The notes beneath the pieces were generated by a model that was given only the letters and a program-made list of their open reading frames with translations, did no database searches and was not told the DNA's origin. A stretch of DNA of 64,000 nucleotides from positions 2,496,001-2,560,000 of the forward strand of contig CAXXHB010000003.1 in the NCBI GenBank assembly GCA_963664815.2, in the 5' to 3' direction. Positions 43,342-51,364 of this stretch are shown here, piece after piece (the stretch's first letter is position 1; the number at the start of each line of letters is the position of its first letter). This DNA is from Spirochaetota bacterium (GTDB taxonomy: Bacteria > Spirochaetota > UBA4802 > UBA5550). The position numbers and the translations under genes were made by a program.

Positions 43342-43854
43342 CTATTTTTTAAGTAATTCATATTTACAAAATAGAGAAATTTTACAACCCGAATTAACCT
43401 CTATTTTTAAATTATCAGTATAATCATTCTCAAGGTCAGTTTTTACTCCTACCAGATAAATTCCATTTGCATTATTAGATTTGGCAATTTCTATAGCTTT
43501 TTTATCAATTTCTTCAAACGCGATATTTGTTTCTGCTTTAACTAATTTTATAAGAGTAGAAGTTTCTGTTGTAACGATCAAATCGATATAACTTCTTTTA
43601 TACTTTTCTAAATCCAGTGGATAAATAACTTCAAAATCTCCTATTTTTTTATATTGAGAATAATTGTTTTTCTGGACATTAACTACTGAATCGATTTTAG
43701 TTCTTTTTTCTTTATCGCTAATTATTAAATTTTTTACAATACAACCTTTAATTGACAACGCATCATCTTTATAGTTCTTGCAATTTTGCGAAGAGCAATT
43801 ACCTGAAACAACAATAGATAATAGAATTATTGAGATTATAATTTTTTTCTTCAT
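43342..43854 (-). CDS. Hypothetical exported cargo protein (intact copy)
   Basis: 170 aa; near-identical 5' part at 52190-52501. Confidence 0.75.
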   Translation of the reverse strand: MKKKIIISIILLSIVVSGNCSSQNCKNYKDDALSIKGCIVKNLIISDKEKRTKIDSVVNVQKNNYSQYKKIGDFEVIYPLDLEKYKRSYIDLIVTTETSTLIKLVKAETNIAFEEIDKKAIEIAKSNNANGIYLVGVKTDLENDYTDNLKIEVNSGCKISLFCKYELLKK

Positions 43855-43910
43855 AAGCTCCTTACATTAACCAGCCATGCTATGTATAACTATTGTAAAT
43901 TTTCTTACTA

Positions 43911-43980
43911 GTCTGCCAGGTCAGAAAGCTCGCCCCCCTCTTTCCCCTCATAAGAACCGTACGTGAAAGTTTTACCACAG
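43911..43980 (-). repeat. Composite element copy C (group II intron-like DVI and half of DV)
   Basis: GTCTGCCAGGTCAG...GAACCGTACGTGAAAGTTTTACCACAG, then truncated. Confidence 0.85.
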
Positions 43981-44128
43981 AACAACATAAACATTTTTAT
44001 TAATTTCATATCAACAGAAAAAGTCAATATCAATCTTGACATAGCAGGAAGTATAGGGCAATAGTTTCATATTCATAATAAAACGTGTGATGAAGAGTCA
44101 TTCATTAATAAATATTCCGGAGGAGAAT

Positions 44129-44707
44129 ATGCATTTTAAAATAAAATCAGCAAGTCTAATAGCGGCCCTAATCTTGATCTTTGGAGCAGTTGCTTTCTTT
44201 GCAAATGAAAGCACCGCGCAGGGAAAGACATACAAGATAGGAGATAAAGGCCCAGCCGGAGGTCGGGTATTTTATGACAAAGGTAATTCTGATGACGGCT
44301 GGAGATATTTGGAAGCAGCACCAGTTGATCAGAGCGTTAAATCAGAATGGGGTTGTTATGAAAAATCAATACCCGGAGCACAAGGTACAGCCATAGGGAC
44401 TGGTAAAAGCAACACGGAGGCTATAGTTAAAAGTTGTGGAGAAGCAAAAATAGCAGCTGAATTATGCACTGCATACAGAGGCGGCGGAAAAAGTGACTGG
44501 TTTTTGCCATCTAAAGATGAGCTTAACCGAATGTATATGAATTTGTATAAAAACGGTGTTGGCGGTTTCGTTGGTACCCTCTATTGGAGTTCGTCTGAGA
44601 ACGATGCTGGCAGCGCCTGGGGGCAGAATTTCTACAGTGGCGCCCAGGGCGACGGCAATAAGGACAACACCTTCAGAGTTCGGGCTGTCCGGGCTTTTAT
44701 CAATTGA
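44129..44707 (+). CDS. Exported DUF1566/Lcl protein, candidate DGR target 1
   Basis: GGAGGAG RBS; GGKSDWFLPSKDEL, YWSSSE, RVRAVRAF; paralog of 60618-61205. Confidence 0.85.
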   Translation: MHFKIKSASLIAALILIFGAVAFFANESTAQGKTYKIGDKGPAGGRVFYDKGNSDDGWRYLEAAPVDQSVKSEWGCYEKSIPGAQGTAIGTGKSNTEAIVKSCGEAKIAAELCTAYRGGGKSDWFLPSKDELNRMYMNLYKNGVGGFVGTLYWSSSENDAGSAWGQNFYSGAQGDGNKDNTFRVRAVRAFIN

Positions 44708-44847
44708 AATATTTAACTATTTTTACTTTCCCGCTGTAGCGGGTTCAAAAATTTTTAATGGTATCCTATGGCGCTTACTAAACTCAAGGATGAATTGCAA
44801 TAAGGTACGAGCTTAAAATATCAGCAGGAAATATCCGAATACATTGA

Positions 44848-45192
44848 AGATAAGTATACCCGGAGTTTTTGAGACGTTGCATAAAATCGCCATTTACGGT
44901 CTATCCGCTGACTGGACAAATAATGATTTTACTGGATTATTTTTTTCCGGTAAAATCACCGGATTTTTACTGTATGTTATTTCAAAGACCGGAAGAAAAC
45001 GGTATTCAAATTCCTATGACTGTGCTGAGTATAATCAAAGTATGTTCTGCCCGATATCAATGGTTTTGTCCAACAAAAGTCTTAACATAGCTGCTGTCTG
45101 AAATTTAAAATTATCTGCTTAATATTTTTATACCGCTGATAAAGACCAGCGGTTTTTTTGGGCAGCTACGTTAAGACTTCTATAAGTTATGT
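44848..45192 (+). repeat. Composite element copy D (oriIS-like 45004-45017, attC-like 45068-45192)
   Basis: ATTCAAATTCCTAT; GTCCAAC..AAGTCTTAACATAGCTGC / GCAGCTACGTTAAGACTT..G|TTATGT. Confidence 0.9.
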
Positions 45193-45445
45193 GAAGGCGT
45201 TGTATTTTTTGTAGATTTCAACATATTTATCTATCTCGTTGAGTGAAAAAAAGTGAATTTTTTACTTGACTATAGATATGTTTATTACGATTATATTTGT
45301 AAATGGAGTTTATGTTTTGAGAGGTAGTTTTATGATAAAAATATTTACAGAAATAGAAGATATTTAACTGGCAAACGTCGTGTAAGCATGACGTTGAAAT
45401 TGCTATTTTGAAGCTTGAATAGGACAATTTGTAAAAAATTCATTT

Positions 45446-45472
45446 AAAAAAAGACCCAAAGGGTCTTTTTTT
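45446..45472 (-). terminator. Intrinsic terminator after the DUF4760 gene
   Basis: A7-GACCC-AAA-GGGTC-T7. Confidence 0.8.
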
Positions 45473-46202
45473 ATACTCCCATTTTTGGCTTAAACTCACT
45501 TTTTTCAGTAAATCTTCTTGCTAATGCTTGGAACCAATCTCCAAAATGCACTGATTTATGCTTATTTCTCCTGTGATTTATGTATATTTCATATATTTTC
45601 CAATTTTTTATAATAAGGCTTCCTATCAAATCAACAACTAAATTTTCATCGTACACATGAGAATAAACACCTCTAGAAATTATTTCATAAACATTAATTA
45701 TATGAAGTAATGCTTCTCTGATTTTTTTTCCATCTTCTGTCATTTGAAAAAAAGATTGATCTTTTTCAAGTTTATAACCACCTTTTTCGTCAATATCACA
45801 AATCCACGAATGCAATATTTCTTCAGTTAGAGGCTTTCTTTCTTCAATTAATTCATCAAGAGTGATAATTTTATTTTTATAATATTCTTTCTGGATATCT
45901 CTGATTTCTTTTCTGTATGTTTGTATTTCTTTGACTAATTTGGGCAATTCAGTCATAGTTGTTTCTCTTCTCTTGAGCCATACATTTTTTTTTGCTTGAT
46001 AGACACCTAAAAGTAATGTAGATACAACTGCAAGGGCGGTAAAAGTTTTAACAACAGGTTCGTTAAATTTTTGGAATTTATATATTGTATAAACATTATA
46101 CAATACAATGGAAAGACCTATACAAATTACCAATATGATTATGAAGTAAACAACACGATCGATGAATTGTTCAATTTCACTTTTTCTTATACTTTTCAAC
46201 AT
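45471..46202 (-). CDS. DUF4760-like membrane-anchored protein
   Basis: Two N-terminal TMs; INVYEIISRGVYSHVYDENL..W..YI..RR...F..LA. Confidence 0.7.
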   Translation of the reverse strand: MLKSIRKSEIEQFIDRVVYFIIILVICIGLSIVLYNVYTIYKFQKFNEPVVKTFTALAVVSTLLLGVYQAKKNVWLKRRETTMTELPKLVKEIQTYRKEIRDIQKEYYKNKIITLDELIEERKPLTEEILHSWICDIDEKGGYKLEKDQSFFQMTEDGKKIREALLHIINVYEIISRGVYSHVYDENLVVDLIGSLIIKNWKIYEIYINHRRNKHKSVHFGDWFQALARRFTEKSEFKPKMGV

Positions 46203-46269
46203 TATTTTCTCTCATTTTTGTAATAGTATGTTGTTATCATTGTAAGGCATAAATAATATATCAAGCATC

Positions 46270-47591
46270 TTATTTTAAATAAAGTGAAATGTCCACATGA
46301 GATAATTGGACAATTTTTTTATGTAAAACGTTTAGTCCAGCCTCCTTCCTGACCAAAAGAATGGGAACGGGATATTCTCCCTGAAACCCGAATAGACGAG
46401 TGGACCATTCATTTAACCCGTCAAGTTGGTCTTGAGTATCAAAAATATCATAAGGGGGATTGATTGTCAATGTTTTATGGGATAGATCTTCACACAGATA
46501 GTTTTAAAGCAGCAGTTTTAGGAGAAAACACGGACGAACTGACAATGGAAACAGTCAGTTTAAAAACAGAAGCATTTAGGAGATTTTTAAGTAAACTGAT
46601 GATTGAGGATTATATAGTCGTTGAGGCATCAACCAATACATTCTGGTTTGTGGAACAGGTTAAAGAATATGTAAAGGAAGTCTATGTTGTAGATCCTTAC
46701 AAGTTTTCAATAATATCGAATTCCAGGAAGAAGACTGATAAGATTGATGCCATTAAACTGGCAAAGAAATTGAAATATTATGTATGCTACGATAAATCAT
46801 CGGATGAATTTCCGATAATCTACGTTCCATCAAAGGAAGTTAGCGAGTTGAGAAGCATGTTTGTAACGTATGAAATGCTCAAGAAACAGGCATGTATGAC
46901 AAAGAACCGTATCAGGTCACTTTTCCGTCAGAATGGTATTTTCGGATTTTCTAAGGAAAATCTTTCATACAACCACATACAGGACAGGATCAGGAGTCTG
47001 CCTGTCAGTGAGGCATTTTTAGTTCAAATCAATATTTTGCTATCAACGCTCAATTCTCTTGAAAATGAAAAAGAGAATATAAAGAAAGCAATTCTGAAGA
47101 AAGGGAAGATATTTTACAGAGAGATACGGATTCTGACAAGTATCCGCGGCATAAGCCCTTTTCTTGCTATCGCAATAATGTCAGATATTGCAGATATTAA
47201 CAGATTTCCCAGTGCTAAAAAACTATGCTCGTATTTAAGAACAGCTCCCCGAATAGATGCATCAGGGAACACAGCACATGTTGGTAAGGTGAATAAACAG
47301 TCAAGGACATTGACTGCCAGTTTAATGACAGAGAGTATAAAGCATTTCATTGATTCAAGTGACAGGCTTTATAAGTTTTATTTTGAAAAAAGGAAAGGTA
47401 AGAATGCCGGAAAGGTTCGTGTTGCAGTAATGCGCAAGATCATCGTTATCATTTATAATATGCTGAAAGAGAATAAAATGTATTACTATACTGATGAAAA
47501 AAACCATGTAGCAAAGATGAAACAATATGAGTCAGCATTAGCTGCATGATTTTTTATAAATATTTTTAAAAAGTGTTGATTTTCATCATAG
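46270..47591 (+). mobile_element. IS110 family element (ends approximate) with a ~190-nt upstream non-coding end
   Basis: GC-richer non-coding stretch before the TTG start; short right end TTGATTTTCATCATAG. Confidence 0.65.
46464..47549 (+). CDS. IS110 family transposase/recombinase, apparently intact
   Basis: DEDD residues (YGIDLH, VVEAS, KTDKIDA); SIRGI..DINRF.SAKKL.SY; ASG serine motif; VAVMRK. Confidence 0.92.
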   Translation: MSMFYGIDLHTDSFKAAVLGENTDELTMETVSLKTEAFRRFLSKLMIEDYIVVEASTNTFWFVEQVKEYVKEVYVVDPYKFSIISNSRKKTDKIDAIKLAKKLKYYVCYDKSSDEFPIIYVPSKEVSELRSMFVTYEMLKKQACMTKNRIRSLFRQNGIFGFSKENLSYNHIQDRIRSLPVSEAFLVQINILLSTLNSLENEKENIKKAILKKGKIFYREIRILTSIRGISPFLAIAIMSDIADINRFPSAKKLCSYLRTAPRIDASGNTAHVGKVNKQSRTLTASLMTESIKHFIDSSDRLYKFYFEKRKGKNAGKVRVAVMRKIIVIIYNMLKENKMYYYTDEKNHVAKMKQYESALAA

Positions 47592-47619
47592 ACGACGCCG
47601 CTCATGTCGACGCAGCTCA

Positions 47620-47650
47620 ATACAGGCAGTGCATCGCCTGTTATATGCCG
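47620..47650 (-). repeat. Second attC-like half-site family, next to the IS110 right end
   Basis: ATACAGGCAGTGCATCGCCTGTTATATGCCG, matching 36214-36244. Confidence 0.55.
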
Positions 47651-48189
47651 ACAGGGGGTCACTGAGCCAGCCGAAGTGCAAACATCCTGTTTGCCCGACA
47701 GAACCGCCTGAGCAACAGCCCGACACAATATTAATGGATTTTAAATTACCGGATTTATAATTTCAAGAATAATTCGTATGTAGAAATTTGAATAAATAAA
47801 CAATTGATTCTTTATAACAACCAATATATCTGCTTTTAAATTACTGTTAAACGATACTTTCCGGAATAAATTATCAGTATTTCTTAATCATCAGAATAAA
47901 AGTATCCATTCATGATCTTCCTACATCCACCACAATCATAATACATCAATATGCAGATAATAATCTACAACCACTCTGCTTCGCCGGAGGTGAACGATAC
48001 CTCACCGGTTCAAGAATCTCTTTCACTACAAGCCTTCCGGTTTTGCATGCAGGGCAGCATGAAAGGTTTTTACCTGTGACGCGCAGATAGATTTAACTCC
48101 ATGTCTGCGGTATACTTTCATTCTTCTTTTGAATTTCGTAAAACTCGCGGCATGCCGCAACAGCCTTCTTTTTTTTCCGGTGAGAGAGA

Positions 48190-48397
48190 ATTCCGAAGTA
48201 CCAACAGGGCAAACAATCTTGCCCTTTGCCGGATGTTTCTTGGTCAGCCTCTGGCGGAGCAGGATGAGCGGAGCAAAGAGCTTCTTGAGGATACAGCTTT
48301 CCTGGTCTGGAAATATTTCAGGATTGATATAACTCTCTGCAGGGAGTGTGGAAAAGGACACATTCATTATATCCATGGCTTGTCGACTTACGGTTAG
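48190..48397 (+). pseudogene. C-terminal remnant of an IS91-family (Y2/HUH) transposase
   Basis: NRANNLALCRMFLG...IDITLCRECGKGHI resembles the IS91-family C-terminus (L..CR..LG...D...CP.C.KG); directly followed by the oriIS-bearing repeat. Confidence 0.6.
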
Positions 48398-48797
48398 CTG
48401 TTATAAAGAAGTATATCCGCACAGATTTAAAAACTGTTTTATAGAGAGGATAAGTATGCCCGGAGCTTTTAAGATTTTGCATAAAATCGCCATTTACGGT
48501 CTCTCCGCTGACTGGAGAAATAATTATTTTACGGGATTATTATTTTTTCCGGTAAGATCACCGGATTATTACTGTATATTATTTCAAAGACCGGAAGAAA
48601 ACGGTATTCAAATTCCTGTTATGAGTATTCTGAGTATAATCGAAGCATATTCTGCCCGATTCCAGTGGTTTCGTCCAACAAAAGTTTTAACATGGCTGCT
48701 GTCTGAAGATTGAAATTATCTATCTAATATTTTTATACCACTGATAAAGACCCGCGGTTCTTTTGGGCAGCTACGTTTAGACTTCTATAAGTTATGT
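48398..48797 (+). repeat. Composite element copy E (right half, still attached to the transposase remnant; attC-like 48673-48797)
   Basis: Same sequence blocks as copy D; ends CTATAA|GTTATGT. Confidence 0.9.
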
Positions 48798-49282
48798 GCA
48801 GTACTACCGCGTTTTTTAAAAAATCTGGGAATAAATCTTCCTGTATCCTTACAATATTTTTCATACTCGTTAGGGAAAATAGTTTTTAAATCTTTTTCTT
48901 CTTTTATAATTAGCAAATGCCAAATAGGGTGTAGAATCAATGCCCAAATAATAAATATCCAATTATTTAATAAAAATGCCAAACCAAAATTAAAAAAAGT
49001 TAAAAATGCTGCATACAAAGGATGCCGAAAATATCTCAACGCTCCTGTAGTTATTAATGCCTTACCTCGTAATTTTGGATTTAATGAAACAAGACTCCAA
49101 GTAATTATTATAATGCTAACAATAGTTAATAACACAAAAATAGACACAGGAACAAAATCTTGATTATTAAACACTTGAGGAATATTTAACAAATTTTTTA
49201 AATAAAATGAGATTATTAATAATGCTAAACTTATTAATAATCCAATAGGCCCCGACCCAAATATTCTATTGAAATTATTCAT
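48785..49282 (-). CDS. Isoprenylcysteine carboxyl methyltransferase family membrane protein (cargo)
   Basis: LITTG..RYFRHPLY, EEKDL..F..EYEKY...TGRFIP; stop codon supplied by the element end. Confidence 0.88.
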   Translation of the reverse strand: MNNFNRIFGSGPIGLLISLALLIISFYLKNLLNIPQVFNNQDFVPVSIFVLLTIVSIIIITWSLVSLNPKLRGKALITTGALRYFRHPLYAAFLTFFNFGLAFLLNNWIFIIWALILHPIWHLLIIKEEKDLKTIFPNEYEKYCKDTGRFIPRFFKKRGSTAHNL

Positions 49283-49317
49283 ATAATTCTCCTTTTCAAA
49301 TATTGCTTGCGGTAGTA

Positions 49318-50084
49318 GTCTGCCAGGTCAGGGAACCCGTACCCCCTTTTCCCAATAAGAACCGTATGTGAAAGTTTCACCACAGGCACTTCCTCCGGAC
49401 GCCCTTTATGCGGCTCAAGCCGTCTAAAGCTGATTATACAATCAGCCGCTGTTATCTGATTTTATTCTCATTTTTCTATAGCAGAAATAATCAGAATCTT
49501 CTTTTAAAAATGGGCTCCTGTCAAGACATATCATTCTGTGCCGTACAATTTTAATGTGTCCCGCAGTAAAGAGAATCTCCTCATCAGAACATAAAGTTTG
49601 AGTCTCTTTTCCTATGCGTTTTACAGTACCGGTTTTTAAGCCATAAAGAATTTTTCATCGTATGTCTGGAACTGCCCCATCTCCATAGAGCCTGAAAAAG
49701 AACAGTATTGGAATTTTTAAAAGGATTCCTTTTAAAACCATTCCCCGGAGCTTTTGAGACGTTGAATAAAATCGCCATTCACGGTCTATCCGCTGACTGG
49801 AGAAATAATTATTTTATGTGATTTTTATTTTTTCCGGTAAAATCACCGGATTTTTACTGTATATTATTTCAAAGACCGGAAGAAAACGGTATTCAAAATC
49901 CTATTTATACTTGTGCTTAGTATTATCGAAGCATGTTCTGCCCGATGTCAGTGGTTTCGTCCAACAGAAGTCTTAACATAGATGCTGCTTGAATTTTAAA
50001 ATTATCTGCTTAATATTTTTATACCGCTAATAAAGATTAGCGGTTTTTTTGAGGCAGCTACGTTAAGACTTCTATAAGTTATAT
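49318..50084. mobile_element. Composite element copy F (complete non-autonomous form, 760 bp to the G|TT)
   Basis: Intron DV/DVI 49318-49416 (-), maturase remnant ~49470-49745 (-), oriIS-like 49891-49904, attC-like 49959-50084. Confidence 0.88.
49470..49745 (-). pseudogene. Decayed C-terminus (domain X/D) of a group II intron reverse transcriptase/maturase
   Basis: VLFQALWRWGSSRHTMKNSLWLKNRY, and after a frameshift HIKIVRHRMICLDRSPFL..DSDYF; copy H reads RHPMKNSLWLKNRYF..LDRNPFL. Matches the LWRWAKRRHP.K...W...RYF / IVRH......NP.....YF pattern. Confidence 0.78.
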
Positions 50085-50432
50085 GATTTTTTTGGTCCCT
50101 TCATTACACGAAAATCCTCTATTTTTTATTCTTTTTTCTTTTTTATCTTTAACAAATTCAAGTTTATAATGTAACACTGAAAGTATCGGTGTCAGAGTAT
50201 TTAAGCTGATGTTAGTACTTTTTCCTGATCTTAGATTTTGAATCATTGTTGGAGAAACACCTGATTCTTCTGCTAGTTTTCTGACAGAAATTTTATTTTC
50301 TTCCATAGCTTCAATAAGAAATTCAGAAATAAGAAATTTTTCATATCCTTTTTCAAAATCAGCTTTCCATTCCGGGTCTTGCATGAGTTTATCAAATGTA
50401 CTTAATTGTTCGGGGGCTTTATTCTTCTTCAT
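50079..50432 (-). CDS. XRE HTH antitoxin
   Basis: ISVRKLAEESGVSPTMIQNLRSG; stop TAA lies within ATATAAC at the element junction. Confidence 0.88.
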   Translation of the reverse strand: MKKNKAPEQLSTFDKLMQDPEWKADFEKGYEKFLISEFLIEAMEENKISVRKLAEESGVSPTMIQNLRSGKSTNISLNTLTPILSVLHYKLEFVKDKKEKRIKNRGFSCNEGTKKII

Positions 50433-50811
50433 AATATTTTCCTTCTTTAACTCTTCTTATATAACTTTCTTTATAATTTAATGCTTTAATCTTTTCGTTT
50501 TCAGGTAATTTATCTGATTTTTTCCGAAATGCGTTTGTTACTATGATTGTTTTACCTGTAACGAAGAATGATAAAAATCTTTCCGGTTGAGGTTTAAATG
50601 CGTAAATTTTATCTCCTTCATATCGGAATTTCGTAATGTCATTGATTTTTCCATTATCACCCATTCTCTTGAGAAGGTAGAAAACTTTCTTTTGCATTTC
50701 TGTATCAAGTTCTAATAAATAGTCATAAGCTTGACTATTTCCGGATTCATCATAATACCATTCGATGGTATAAATTTTGCCTTTGTATGCGATGTAGTCT
50801 TTTTTACTCAT
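50419..50811 (-). CDS. RelE/ParE (Gp49-like) toxin
   Basis: IYAFKPQPERFLSFF..IIVTNAFRKKSDKLP; overlaps the antitoxin. Confidence 0.88.
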   Translation of the reverse strand: MSKKDYIAYKGKIYTIEWYYDESGNSQAYDYLLELDTEMQKKVFYLLKRMGDNGKINDITKFRYEGDKIYAFKPQPERFLSFFVTGKTIIVTNAFRKKSDKLPENEKIKALNYKESYIRRVKEGKYYEEE

Positions 50812-51002
50812 AATCTAGTGTATCAATATATTTGCACAATGTCAATAGTTTTTTTAGTTTTATTTCAGTGAAAAGTTTATAAAAATACGTCAAGCAGAGT
50901 ATCTGCCTGTTATATGCCGGTAAAGGCAGGTGCGCCGATATTGCAATTTTTAAAGTGTTTTGATATACCGGAAAAGTCAATCCTGTTATCGACCAGGGCT
51001 CT

Positions 51003-51138
51003 CCAGCGGTTTCATCCAACAAAAGTCTTAACATAGCTGCCATCTGAAGATTAAAATTATCTGCTTAATATTTTATACATCTGATAAAGAATGACGGTTC
51101 TTTTGGGGTAGCTACGTTTAGACTCCTATAAGTGGGGC
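51003..51138 (+). repeat. Composite element copy G (attC-like hairpin only)
   Basis: ATCCAAC..AAGTCTTAACATAGCTGC...GTAGCTACGTTTAGACTCCTATAA|GTGGGGC. Confidence 0.88.
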
Positions 51139-51154
51139 GCAGTATATTGAAATA

Positions 51155-51364
51155 TTAATCTATAAGTTTTATAGATATTATTTTAATATCACAAATATCA
51201 TTACCTTTCTCATATGCGGCATCAAATTGTATTTCTTTAATGGTTGTAACGATAGGGTCTATGTTAAATTCTTTTATTGGAATAGTAATTGTATAGGTGT
51301 TATCAGATGGTTTTTTAATAGAATATTGGTCAGATTCATTCAAATAACTCCAAATATTAATTAA
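51155..51364 (-). pseudogene. 3' fragment of an unknown cargo gene cut by the IS701-like element
   Basis: Short AT-rich ORF end between copy G and the IS inverted repeat. Confidence 0.5.

Noticed and set aside
44036-44070. Sigma70 promoter upstream of the DUF1566 genes
   Set aside because: TTGACA is present but there is no convincing -10 at 16-18 bp spacing.
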